A stretch of 64,000 bases of DNA from Candidatus Dojkabacteria bacterium (GCA_014729085.1 WJKM01000009.1:126590-190589), one strand, 5' to 3'; shown: positions 50,101 through 59,757, numbered from the stretch's first letter. Program-made: numbers and translations. The notes: a model not told the origin generated them from the letters alone.

Positions 50101-53100
50101 TGGTGCAGAAACAGAATACGAATATGACGGAAATGGGAATTTAGTTAAACAGGTTAATCCAAACGAAACAAGTACCAAGTTTATCTACGATGAGCTTGAT
50201 CGAATGGTAAGAGAAGAAAAATACTCAGAAGAAGATGAATTGTTAATTCAAATAAGATATGAATATGACTTAAATGGAAACATAACCAAAATAATAAATC
50301 CAAGAGGCTTTGAAACAAAATTTGAGTACGATGCAGCGAATCAAAATACAAAGATAATAGATGCCTATGGCAACATTATTGAATTTAAATACGATAAAGT
50401 AGGAAACAAGATTGAAACAATAGACAGAAATGGAAATTCAACAACAAATGTATATGACGAACTTAATAGAATAGTTGCAGAGATAAATGCAGAAAATAAT
50501 AAAACAAGTTATGGATACAACAAAGTAAATAACTTAACAAACATAACTGATGCAAAAGGCAACATTACAACATTAAAATATGATGGAGTAAACAGACTTA
50601 TTCAAAAAATTGATCCTTTGTCTGGTGAAACAAAAAAAGAATACGATCCTGCTGGAAATGTTTTAAAAGATATAGATCAGAATGGTCATGAGACAATCAA
50701 TGAATATGACAAAATAAACAGACTAATTAAAACAACCAATGCAGAAGGAGGAGTAAAAGAAATAAAATATGACAAAAATAGCAATATCGTAGAAATAAAA
50801 GACGAAAATGGAAATATTTCTCAAAATACATACGACAAACTCGATAGACTAGTTAAAACAGTAGATGCAGAAAATCAGGTAACAAAATACGAATATGATG
50901 TAATGGGAAATATGATTAAAAAGACAAATCCAAGAGGATATGAAACAAAATATGAATACGACGCTCTAAATAGACTTACTAAAACTATCGATGCAAAAGA
51001 AGGAGAAACAATATTTGAATATGATGAAAACTCAAATGTAGTTAAAACAATAGACCCAAATGGGATTTCTACAAAACACATCTATGATAAGTTAGATAGA
51101 CTGATTACTAAAATAGAAGCTCATGAATCCCTCCTTCATCAAGATTCCGGAGGGCAGGCAGGTGGAGGAGAAGCTGATACCAATGTCACAACACAATATA
51201 AATACGACAAAGAAGGAAATATTATTGAAGTAGTAAATCCAAAAGGAAATTCAACAAAGTTTGAATACGACAAGATATACAGACAAACGAAAATTACAGA
51301 TGCAAAAGGGAACTATACAAAATTTAAATACGATGAGGTAGATAATGTAGTACAAGTAACGGATAGAAATGGAAATGTTTCTACAAAGGAATATGACGCA
51401 CTAAGAAGAATTGTAAAGGAAATAAATGCAGAAAACCATAAGACAGAATATAGATATGATCCAAAAGGAAATATTAAAACAACAATAGACCCAAGAGGAA
51501 ATCCAACAAAGTTTGAGTACGACAAAATAGACAGATTAACTCAGACAATAGACGCCCTGGGCGGAGTTTGGAAAACCGAATACGATGCAGTGGGGAATGT
51601 TTTAAAAGAAACAGATGCAAATGGACATGCCAATAAGTACGAATACGACAAAGTATACAGGACTACAAAACAAACAAATGCAGAAGAACATTTTTCAAAA
51701 TTCAAATACGATGAAAATGGGAATGTCATTGAGACGCAAGACAACAATGGAAATGTAACATCATTCACATATGATGAACTAGATAGACTTGTTAAAAAAA
51801 TAGATGCGGAAGATGGAGAATGGTTATACGAATACGATGCAGTAGGAAATCTTCTATCTGAAACAGATGCAAACGAACACACAGACACGTACGAATACGA
51901 TAATATGTACAGATTATCGGTTCTCACAGACGCAGAAGGAAATACAACAAAATATGTTTACGACCTAAATGGCAATACAGTAGAAATAATAGATGGGAAT
52001 GGAAATTCAACAGAGAATGAAGTTGACGCTCTAGACCTCGTTATCAAAGTAACAAATGCTGAAAACGAGACAACAGAATATACTTACGATAAAGAGGAAA
52101 ATAAGATAAATAAGATAGATCCGGATGGTGTTGTTACTCACTTTGATTACGACAAGATTTATCAGCTTGTTAAAGTAACTCTGAATTACAAAGATACAAA
52201 CTTTACTGACTTTGATACAAATGTAGACACAAGCTACGAATATGATCCAAATGGGAATTTAACTAAAATCACAGATCCGAAAGTAAATGCTACAACTTTT
52301 GAGTACGATGCTTTAAATAGACAAATAAAGGAAATAGATGCAGAAGGAAATATTTGGAGATTTGAATATGATCCTGTTGGAAATAAAACAAAGAGAATAG
52401 ATGCAAACGGTAATTCTACAGTTTATGGATATTACGCAGACGATCAACTTCAAAATATCAGTTATTACGATGGGACAAACACATCATATGAATACGATCC
52501 AAATAACAATAAGATAAATATGCAGGATAGAATTGGAACAACAGATTGGACGTATGATGCATTAAATAGAAATACTTATGTAAATGATGCATTGAACAGA
52601 GAACTCACATACACATATGATCCAGTTGGAAACAGAACAAGTATGAAATATCCTGACGGAAAAATAGTAAAGTATTCCTACCTAAAAAATGACTGGATAA
52701 ACACATTCACAGATCCAGAACAAGGAGTAGTTAAATACGATAAAGACCATGTAGGAAATACAGTATTTATAGATAACCCAAATCAGACACAAACAACAAT
52801 AGATTATGATCGTGTATACAGACCTACAGAAATTCTCAATGAACAAATAGAGCAGGCTGCAAAAACAAACTCCAGATTTGAATATACATACAACGAAGTA
52901 GGACTTAAAACAGAAGTAGAAGCAGAATATGCGTGGAGAAAACCAAGTGTAGTTAGAACAGAGTACGTTTACGACAAGCTAAGAAGACTAAAGGAATCGG
53001 AAGATTCAGAAAACAAGTATTACGAATATCTTTATGACAGAGCAAGCAATAGAACCCGGATGCAAACTAACGACGATGAAACAACACCAAACCAATATGA

Positions 53101-55342
53101 CGGAATAAAACAAGGCTATAAATACAATAATATAAATCAGGTAATAGAAATAATAGAAGAAGGTGTGAGTGATATAACGAAAAAAAGAACACAAGGAAGA
53201 AGTCAGACATTTATTTATTTAGAAAATACTCTAGGTTTAAGAAATAAATATCACAATTTGGTAAATGAAATTGAGGCTCAACGAGGAGGACATATACCCG
53301 AAGAAACAGCAGAAGAACTTCTAGATTTATTGGAAAGGTTAGAGATGTTAGAAGGAGAAGAGAGTACAATTCTTTATGAGGATGCGATATTAATAATTGA
53401 AGAAGTAATAACAATAATAGAAGACGAAGTAGTACATGAAGGAACATTAAACAGCTTGCTTGCAAAAGTAGATGATGTAGAGCTAGAGGCAAAAGAGAAA
53501 GGCAGAGAAGTTGAGTGGAAAGAAAAGAAAGAGATAAATACACAAAAAAAGAATCTACTGAAGACAACAACATTTAGATACGATAATAATGGAAATAGAA
53601 TAAACGAACAATGGACCATGCCTAACGGCAGGCAGACCGGATCAACAGGACCTGCCTACCAAGGATTTGATTTTGGATATGATCCTGAAAATAGATTAAC
53701 AATTGCAATGAACTATCAACAAAATGACACAGGGAACAGAGTAGATAGAGGAGTAACAACAATGAATTACGATGGAGATGGAAGAAAACTAGTTAAGGTA
53801 TTTGATCCAAAAAGTCCGTTGGGGGAATGGGCAGATCCAAATCCACTTGATCCAGCATATGGAGTAGATGGAGGAGCTAAGAACATAGAATACGTATACG
53901 ACAATCTAGATCCAGTAGCTGAATATAATACATGGAACTCTCAACACGACAACTTCTACCGTGCCAGAGGGCAGGCAGGTAGAGGAGACATGAATAGAAT
54001 AGTAATGATGCAAAACTTCAAATCAGGGACACAGGGTCAGCGTTATTGGTACCACTATGATGCTTTAGGTTCAACTGTGGGACTTACAAAACACTCAGGA
54101 CAGTCACACCACAACTATAGATACGGAGATTTTGGACTTATTGAGACTATTACTGGGAAATCTGGAAACACATCAGGAGGAACATTTACAGATCCACATA
54201 ACCACTACACCTACACAGGGCAGGAGTGGGATGACCATATGAATGTATATGAATTCTACTCAAGAACTTACGATCCCTATACCGGCAGCTGGATGAGGCA
54301 GGATGATTATAGAGGGGATATCTCAGATCCAATGTCACTTCATAGGTATATGTATGTGAATCAAAATCCTATTAATTGGTGGGATTTATATGGTTACAAG
54401 ACAAATAATATTCCTATTTTGGGTCCTATTAATCATAAAAGTAATCAAATTAATAAAAGTATTAATTATGAACCTACCGTACTTACTCAACAAATCATGG
54501 AGTCTGTCAGACTAAGTTATGATCCATGCAATCGACAAACTTTTGATAAAGGATTCTTAATACCTACCGAATTGGAATCTCTTGCTGGAGGAGCAGCATT
54601 TGTACATAGGATGGGTTATAATATGTCAGATGGATTGTTTCTTGGTTCAATTGAGAATACTATATATATGCAAGAATCACAGAAAGATTTTGCAAGAAGA
54701 ATTTTCGATCAAGAATATAGAGAGAATGCTTTATATCCAGAACGATATCCTTTAAGAAAAACAAGAGAAGATTGGAGAGAGTTTAATGACAAGATTACAT
54801 TTTCTCTTGGAGTAAATCCACACAAACAAGTAAATAATGGATTGGCAACAAACATATTTGAAGGAACAGTAAATTCACTAACAGATCCACAGCCTGTAGG
54901 TTCAACACAATGGACATATGACACATTAAATATGGGTTTTGAGGGATATATGGTGTATAGTACGGTTACAGCAATAGATGACTTTTTAATGAAGAGAATA
55001 CCTGGAAATAATTCTATAAGTAGAAGACCAGCACAAGATGTGGTGCAGTATGAGATGTATAAGGAGCAGCTCAAATCGCAGCAAGCAGCTACAGTATTTA
55101 CTCAAAATGGGGAGTTGAAACCAAACGTGATTAGTAATAGTCATAGCATTATCGATGGAAAAGATTTGAAAAATCCTAGTGTAATTAAAGAATTGACTAA
55201 AGATGGATCAAAGATAGATAGTTGGGAGAAAATGAGTACTGATTCATACCCTAGTCCATCGGGAGATTTTCAAGTTCATTATTATCAAAATAAGGATACC
55301 GGTAAGATATATTATAATATTGATTATAAGGCTAAATTTTAA
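47162..55342 (+). CDS. Rhs/YD-repeat polymorphic toxin, 2726 aa, with signal peptide
   Basis: Hydrophobic signal ending VFA-Q; golvesin/CBM-like beta domain; DUF6531-like GDPVNTVNGNL; dozens of YD repeats; core end YTGQEWD...PINWWDLYG; ~315-aa variable C-terminus. Confidence 0.93.
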   Translation: MTKPLKKVLIETIHIIHNTVKRVQLKNLKLYFFILPFLLLTFTPVFAQTTDEYNYSDCGFVIDDSDSGCSEAYGNWKLQKIGNKGTSLLSPKDTFLPSVTWVPDYKNLKGQVEVFATIPRIEGENLSEVAWYKIKHSEGTSDYFVNQKENAGDIVSLGIYNFDGTEVSIDLYGSGGEVVVADTVCFGRCSIGDITPPRIEEVKGHSYMGELHVQSKITDEGTGVKNAYVSIQGNIYPMNAKGDIYSAIVPYIPGTDLEWYILTYDNAGNEAIWEPGRGYVTRGGGLNLGVPPEAVDFVCYKEEFNNTVPPATPGSDPCEWTTGDPVNTVNGNLMESVNLINISGRPSINLTIYYNSQGTGLSIFGESWLYDYNYHVTEMDNADFSGAFVQYPSGSNAMFENFKSPDGVRDKLEKIGDGYLLTLQDQTKIYFDSNGDISRWEDINRNGLNFEYSEQIKFVNFSKLSKITADSGRKITFEYNDVGLVSQINAPENKIIKFEYNDTDDLIKIIKPKERGIIFEYDNHSITKKISPQGHAYYENIFDNQRRVIKQVAGTSFTQEYIYNDNETIVKNLNGSQAVYSYNEDYLMVSNTDEVGNTKTFEYNNKKQIIAEIDAEGKRYEYTYDENGNQIHIKDPMGYEIEREFNEFNKPVKEINQNGKETRWEYDKKGNLVKIINSNGNEKIFSYNEYGQLIEQTDFNGNKTVFKYTAEGDLKKIIDADGNEIVYTYDELGRILTETNKRGITYTYTYDVNDNLLKIEGPLGYTKSFEYDKNNRLIKETDSKQEMISYTYDNSENISSISNQLQFVTSMEYGSMNEFAKGIDAEGHITEYAYHPTYKISQVRQAAGTSKEAISNFEYNNVKLQKRIIDAEGKITEFVYDDLYRIVKKIGDVNGIEIETRFKYNPVGALVKQIDPNGNAVEYTLDNLDRVIEQKDAEGNITKYEYDPNSNIISTTNPRGFKTKFEYNKLNQLVKQINSIGAETEYEYDGNGNLVKQVNPNETSTKFIYDELDRMVREEKYSEEDELLIQIRYEYDLNGNITKIINPRGFETKFEYDAANQNTKIIDAYGNIIEFKYDKVGNKIETIDRNGNSTTNVYDELNRIVAEINAENNKTSYGYNKVNNLTNITDAKGNITTLKYDGVNRLIQKIDPLSGETKKEYDPAGNVLKDIDQNGHETINEYDKINRLIKTTNAEGGVKEIKYDKNSNIVEIKDENGNISQNTYDKLDRLVKTVDAENQVTKYEYDVMGNMIKKTNPRGYETKYEYDALNRLTKTIDAKEGETIFEYDENSNVVKTIDPNGISTKHIYDKLDRLITKIEAHESLLHQDSGGQAGGGEADTNVTTQYKYDKEGNIIEVVNPKGNSTKFEYDKIYRQTKITDAKGNYTKFKYDEVDNVVQVTDRNGNVSTKEYDALRRIVKEINAENHKTEYRYDPKGNIKTTIDPRGNPTKFEYDKIDRLTQTIDALGGVWKTEYDAVGNVLKETDANGHANKYEYDKVYRTTKQTNAEEHFSKFKYDENGNVIETQDNNGNVTSFTYDELDRLVKKIDAEDGEWLYEYDAVGNLLSETDANEHTDTYEYDNMYRLSVLTDAEGNTTKYVYDLNGNTVEIIDGNGNSTENEVDALDLVIKVTNAENETTEYTYDKEENKINKIDPDGVVTHFDYDKIYQLVKVTLNYKDTNFTDFDTNVDTSYEYDPNGNLTKITDPKVNATTFEYDALNRQIKEIDAEGNIWRFEYDPVGNKTKRIDANGNSTVYGYYADDQLQNISYYDGTNTSYEYDPNNNKINMQDRIGTTDWTYDALNRNTYVNDALNRELTYTYDPVGNRTSMKYPDGKIVKYSYLKNDWINTFTDPEQGVVKYDKDHVGNTVFIDNPNQTQTTIDYDRVYRPTEILNEQIEQAAKTNSRFEYTYNEVGLKTEVEAEYAWRKPSVVRTEYVYDKLRRLKESEDSENKYYEYLYDRASNRTRMQTNDDETTPNQYDGIKQGYKYNNINQVIEIIEEGVSDITKKRTQGRSQTFIYLENTLGLRNKYHNLVNEIEAQRGGHIPEETAEELLDLLERLEMLEGEESTILYEDAILIIEEVITIIEDEVVHEGTLNSLLAKVDDVELEAKEKGREVEWKEKKEINTQKKNLLKTTTFRYDNNGNRINEQWTMPNGRQTGSTGPAYQGFDFGYDPENRLTIAMNYQQNDTGNRVDRGVTTMNYDGDGRKLVKVFDPKSPLGEWADPNPLDPAYGVDGGAKNIEYVYDNLDPVAEYNTWNSQHDNFYRARGQAGRGDMNRIVMMQNFKSGTQGQRYWYHYDALGSTVGLTKHSGQSHHNYRYGDFGLIETITGKSGNTSGGTFTDPHNHYTYTGQEWDDHMNVYEFYSRTYDPYTGSWMRQDDYRGDISDPMSLHRYMYVNQNPINWWDLYGYKTNNIPILGPINHKSNQINKSINYEPTVLTQQIMESVRLSYDPCNRQTFDKGFLIPTELESLAGGAAFVHRMGYNMSDGLFLGSIENTIYMQESQKDFARRIFDQEYRENALYPERYPLRKTREDWREFNDKITFSLGVNPHKQVNNGLATNIFEGTVNSLTDPQPVGSTQWTYDTLNMGFEGYMVYSTVTAIDDFLMKRIPGNNSISRRPAQDVVQYEMYKEQLKSQQAATVFTQNGELKPNVISNSHSIIDGKDLKNPSVIKELTKDGSKIDSWEKMSTDSYPSPSGDFQVHYYQNKDTGKIYYNIDYKAKF

Positions 55343-55351
55343 CTTTTAAAT

Positions 55352-55861
55352 ATGAAAAAACAAAATATATGGGGTAACTTTAATAAATTAATAAATTCTG
55401 ACATATCTATTAAAGATTTTGAAGAATGGATCTATACAGATAAAACTATAGAAAAGATAATTGGTAAAGATAATTACGTCACACTTGTATCAATGAATTA
55501 CACTAAATCTGATAGTAAAGAAAAAGTACAAAAATACTTAGTTGAGTTATTTGAATCGTTAGAACCCGAGTTATATGATAAGTATAGAGTTTATAATATA
55601 TTAAAAGGGATGTTAGATGGACAAAAGGATTTAGTATCTGGGTGTAGAAGGTTAGTTCAATTAAGAAAAAGAGGACTGGAATTTATACCTAAAATTTTTG
55701 TAGGTTTTGATTCTGAACTAGATGATGTTCCTCTTCCTGAGCAATATTCACAATGGAACAAAAATGCTTTAGGAGAGAAATTAAAAAAAATTGATTATTA
55801 CAGGGAAGATATTATTAAATATTCAAAGAAATTAATTAAGGAATTAGATATTAGAAAATAA
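55352..55861 (+). CDS. Putative cognate immunity protein of the Rhs toxin
   Basis: Starts 9 nt after the Rhs stop; small, helical (FEEWIY...FDSELDDVP); lower GC like the toxin tip. Confidence 0.7.
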   Translation: MKKQNIWGNFNKLINSDISIKDFEEWIYTDKTIEKIIGKDNYVTLVSMNYTKSDSKEKVQKYLVELFESLEPELYDKYRVYNILKGMLDGQKDLVSGCRRLVQLRKRGLEFIPKIFVGFDSELDDVPLPEQYSQWNKNALGEKLKKIDYYREDIIKYSKKLIKELDIRK

Positions 55862-56149
55862 TTAGTATCTACTAACCTTGAATTTAGTTATAAGTTTGTA
55901 GAAAAATCAAGGGATGGATATTCTTTTATGGATATGTTAATTTATGCTTTTTGAATAAATTGTTTTTGTTTTCGTACCTATACCAGACACATAAATTTCT
56001 ATGGGATCGCCTTTACTCTTAATTGGAACATCAATTCCCCAAGTTGTTTCTTCAATTTTACATTTTTTTATCAGTTGCTGAACTATCCATAATAATGTCA
56101 CTATTCTGTGGCAAATATTTTTCAACATATCTTCCGTCATCTTTTTTTG

Positions 56150-56362
56150 TCGAAAAATTTGATAGTATCAATATTACAACACAAAGTGAATTTGCCAAAC
56201 TAATAGAAGGTATCGGAAATAATAGTAATCATGTCTAATGGAAGAGTTGCTTACTGGGATGATATAACCCAAACTGTAGTCATTAAGAATCCAAATACAG
56301 TCTATGGTGGAACTTCTTTCAGGGCAATTAATGGGAAGGATTATTGTGACAATTTAAGATAA
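56150..56362 (+). pseudogene. Frameshifted orphan toxin C-terminus
   Basis: ...INITTQSEFAKLIEGIGNN (frame of track ORF 56023..56238) continues in another frame as MSNGRVAYWDDITQTVVIKNPNTVYGGTSFRAINGKDYCDNLR* (56231-56362). This resembles polymorphic-toxin tips and precedes a small immunity-like ORF. Confidence 0.55.
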
Positions 56363-56390
56363 ATATTTAATAACTTATTAAAATTTAAAT

Positions 56391-56576
56391 ATGAAAATTA
56401 TTGACGAAAAGGATCAAGAATTGACTTTAAAGCTTTCTTACAGTGAGCTTCTGATCCTAAACAATGCTCTGAATGAAATCATAAATGGGATTGAAATCCC
56501 TGAATCTAATACAAGAATTGGGTATTCTAAAGAATATGTTACGAGCCTGTTGAATAAAATTAACAAATTATTATAA
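56391..56576 (+). CDS. Putative orphan immunity protein
   Basis: 61 aa, ELLILNNALNEIINGI...TRIG; follows the toxin remnant. Confidence 0.55.
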   Translation: MKIIDEKDQELTLKLSYSELLILNNALNEIINGIEIPESNTRIGYSKEYVTSLLNKINKLL

Positions 56577-56592
56577 ATATATTCTTTAAAAA

Positions 56593-57135
56593 TCAGGACA
56601 GTCACACCACAACTATAGATACGGAGATTTTGGACTTATTGAAACCGTTACTGGGAAATCTGGAAACACATCAGGAGGAACATTTACAGATCCACATAAC
56701 CACTACACCTACACAGGACAGGAGTGGGATGACCATTTAAATATGTATGAGTTTTATGCAAGAGCTTATGATCCATATACAGGAGTATGGATGAGGCAGG
56801 ATAATTATAGAGGAGAAATACGAAACCCAATGAGTTTGCATAGGTATATGTATGTAAAGAATTCTCCTGTAAATTATATAGACATGTATGGGTATACATC
56901 TGGTTACTATATTGGTTGGGATGATTACAAAGAAGATTGGCATGAATTTTTAGATGATGTAGAAAATCAAAATCCACAATCTTATAGAGAATATCATGAT
57001 TTGATATCAAGTAATGGTGGTCAATACAAAGAATTTTCAAAAGTGAATCCTTGTGCTGGGAAAACACTTTTTGATGTTTATTCTGATGTTTCAAAAGAAT
57101 ATAGTTTTAAGTCTGGAAAGTTTTTATCTCATTGA
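56593..57135 (+). pseudogene. Orphan rhs core-end + alternative C-terminus (no start codon for the core part)
   Basis: 56593-56895 is a near-identical copy of 54095-54397 (offset 2498) and diverges after PVNYIDMYG; upstream in-frame TAA at 56587. Confidence 0.85.
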
Positions 57136-57232
57136 ATTCCAATTGATGTAAATCTTGATAAGTAGGCTATTGCCATTTATATTATTATCTGGTAGAGTAT
57201 GTCAATATCCGTTTACATAGATTAGAATTATT

Positions 57233-57541
57233 ATGGATAATTGTTGCAGTACAAATTCACAAAACTTTGCACAGATAGACAAATCAATAAATCTGCTAAA
57301 TGCTGTTAGTGAACCAAACAGGCTCAGAATTCTTTGTGTTCTTTCTAAGATGGATATCTGTGTTTGTGAACTCGCTGAAAAACTCAATGTTTCTCATAAT
57401 CTAATCTCACATCATTTAAAAGTATTATATGATGCAAGTGTTTTAGACAAAAGACGAGATGGAAATCAGTTCTTTTATTTTATTAAAAAAGTATGGAAGC
57501 CACGAATCAAACACCTTTTTGATTTTGTAAAAATTAGTTAA
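57233..57541 (+). CDS. ArsR/SmtB family repressor
   Basis: EPNRLRIL, ICVCELAE, ISHHLKVL. Confidence 0.9.
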   Translation: MDNCCSTNSQNFAQIDKSINLLNAVSEPNRLRILCVLSKMDICVCELAEKLNVSHNLISHHLKVLYDASVLDKRRDGNQFFYFIKKVWKPRIKHLFDFVKIS

Positions 57542-57559
57542 TTTATTATTGTCCAAACA

Positions 57560-57847
57560 ATGAAAATTCAAGTTTTAGGTTCAGGGTGTTCTACATGCAA
57601 GTCTCTTTATGAGATGGTTCAAAAGTCAGCAAAAGAAATGGGAACCGCTGATGAGGTAGAATACATTACAGATATAAATAAATTAGTAGAAGAAGGTATT
57701 GCTACAAGTCCAGTATTGAAAATTGATGGAAAAATTGTTTGTGCTGGTAGAATACCTTCAGAAGATGAGATCAAAGAATATATCACGAAACCTTCAGATA
57801 AAAATAGTCTTACAAACCAAGGTTGTGCATGTGGAGGCAGATGTTAA
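57560..57847 (+). CDS. Small thioredoxin-like redox protein (MTH895-type)
   Basis: MKIQVLGSGCSTC, TSPVLKIDG..GRIP; Cys-rich tail CACGGRC. Confidence 0.88.
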   Translation: MKIQVLGSGCSTCKSLYEMVQKSAKEMGTADEVEYITDINKLVEEGIATSPVLKIDGKIVCAGRIPSEDEIKEYITKPSDKNSLTNQGCACGGRC

Positions 57848-57867
57848 TTAAAAAAATTTAAAAAACT

Positions 57868-59031
57868 ATGAATAAATTAAAAAAAATACTAAAACAAAAT
57901 TGGATATTATTACTTCTGTTTAGTTCATATTTTGTTATTTTTATTTGGCAAAATCAGATCGATGGGTATTTAGGAAATGAAAGTACCCAAAAAATAGTTG
58001 GAGAAAGTATCTATCAAGGGTGGCTTGGACTTGTCGACTATCTATCTGCACATGTTTTATTCTGTCTTATTCCTGCATTTTTTATAGCTGGAGCTATTAA
58101 CACCCTCATAGACTCTCAAAAAATTTTTAAATACTTAAGCGGTCAGACCAAAAAATGGCTTGCATATCTAATTGCATCGGTCGGAGGTTTTTTTATGGAA
58201 GTCTGTTCCTGTACAATACTCCCACTTTTTGCTGGTATCTGGAAAAAAGGTGCCGGACTTGGTATTGCTACAACTTTTCTTTATGCAGGCCCAGCAATTA
58301 ATATTGTTACATTCATACTGACAGGGCAGAGGTTGGGCTGGGATTTAGGAATAGTACGTTTAATTCTATCTGTGCTATTTTCTATCCTTGTTGGATTAAT
58401 TATGGAATTCGTTTTTAGGAAAGAAAAAAATGTTCAAGGAGATATAGTTTTTGGAGATGAGAAGAAAATTTCAATACAAGGTAGAAAACGTAAAATATTT
58501 TGGATATCGCTTTTAGCGATATTACTTGTGGGTACTGCTCCTATTGATAGTTTTATCAAATACTCAGTTGTAGCAGTACTGGTATTTACACAAGTTCTAA
58601 TGACTTTCTTTTGGTTATCAAAACAGGAAAGAAAAGCATGGTGGAAAGAAACAATTAAATTCACAACAGATATTTTCCCATTGCTTTTAATAGGGGTTTT
58701 TGCAGCAGGAGCTATTACTCATTTGATACCTCAGGAAAAATTTCAAAAATTCTTAGGACAGAATACAATATTAACTAACTTTGTAGCAGTTATTTTTGGA
58801 GCTATTGCTTATTTCCCTGCTCTTGTCGAAGTACCTATTGCAGAAAATTTTCTAAAACTCGGCATGCACGAAGGTCCATTAATGGCGTATTTACTTTCTG
58901 ATCCTGTTCTTTCACTACAAGGATTGTTAATTATTTCAAAAGTGATTGGAATAAAGAAAACCCTAATCTATGCATCTTCAATTGTTGTATTAACGACCTT
59001 TGCAGGCTATATTTTTGGAATTTTATATTAA
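57868..59031 (+). CDS. ArsP/DUF318 family permease
   Basis: HVLFCLIPAFFIAGAI, VCSCTILPLFAGI, FLYAGPAIN, YFPALVEVP. Confidence 0.88.
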   Translation: MNKLKKILKQNWILLLLFSSYFVIFIWQNQIDGYLGNESTQKIVGESIYQGWLGLVDYLSAHVLFCLIPAFFIAGAINTLIDSQKIFKYLSGQTKKWLAYLIASVGGFFMEVCSCTILPLFAGIWKKGAGLGIATTFLYAGPAINIVTFILTGQRLGWDLGIVRLILSVLFSILVGLIMEFVFRKEKNVQGDIVFGDEKKISIQGRKRKIFWISLLAILLVGTAPIDSFIKYSVVAVLVFTQVLMTFFWLSKQERKAWWKETIKFTTDIFPLLLIGVFAAGAITHLIPQEKFQKFLGQNTILTNFVAVIFGAIAYFPALVEVPIAENFLKLGMHEGPLMAYLLSDPVLSLQGLLIISKVIGIKKTLIYASSIVVLTTFAGYIFGILY

Positions 59032-59108
59032 ATAAATATTAAACTTTGTTTTTTATGTATTCCAAACTTGGTGATATAATTTAGTTTCATAATTATTATT
59101 GTTTCAGA

Positions 59109-59636
59109 ATGAATCAAGAACTAGAAAAATACATTAAAAGCGCGTATACGAAATCCGCAAGATCAAGTATCCTCGCAGGTATAATTATATTCGTATTTTC
59201 TTTGTTCCTAGTAGTTGTATTGTTCCTTGATAAATCTATGAATAATGCAACTCTTATTCTGGCAGTATTATTTACTATATTTATATTTATCTTAGCTTTA
59301 TATATGATAATAAGGGGCATTAAACTCCTAAACCCTAATAATTCGCGTGTTTTAGATATTCTCAAAAATGAACCTCATAAGGTTGTATGGATATATGAAG
59401 TTAGAGTATCTCATAGATCGACTAAGAATGTTAAGACCAATGTTGGTAAACAAAGCCTTGTTAAACTCATGCTTGATAATGGCAAACAACTCTTCGCGTT
59501 CCAGACAGTTCCGGATGATGCACAAAAGTTAGTTGCTGTTTTTAAAAAATTATTACCCCATGCTACTGTTGGATACACAAAAGAAAGAATGGCCCAATAT
59601 AAAAAAAATCCCGAAAGTTTACGAATAAAAAAATAA
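59109..59636 (+). CDS. Hypothetical 2-TM membrane protein
   Basis: Two TMs, then VVWIY...LPHATVGY; extended -10 at 59072. Confidence 0.65.
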   Translation: MNQELEKYIKSAYTKSARSSILAGIIIFVFSLFLVVVLFLDKSMNNATLILAVLFTIFIFILALYMIIRGIKLLNPNNSRVLDILKNEPHKVVWIYEVRVSHRSTKNVKTNVGKQSLVKLMLDNGKQLFAFQTVPDDAQKLVAVFKKLLPHATVGYTKERMAQYKKNPESLRIKK

Positions 59637-59757
59637 TGAACGAACAAGAAAGATGATCAAATTGTATAAGTTATATTAAAGGGAAGAGAAGAAAGGAAAA
59701 TAGATGCAAAGTATTTATGAATAGATTCGGAGTTTACAGTTTATACTTTAAAAGTTC

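Noticed and set aside
48500-53150. Periodic repeats suggesting CRISPR or tandem DNA repeats
   Set aside because: The periodicity is protein-level YD repeats with degenerate codons. There are no identical repeats with unique spacers and no cas genes.
55937-56140. Minus-strand 67-aa ORF in the orphan region
   Set aside because: No recognisable motif and opposite to the locus orientation; possibly debris, cannot be supported as a gene.
54095-56895. Diversity-generating retroelement template/variable repeat pair
   Set aside because: The differences are mostly synonymous and not adenine-specific, no reverse transcriptase is present, and the repeat matches the standard orphan-rhs pattern.
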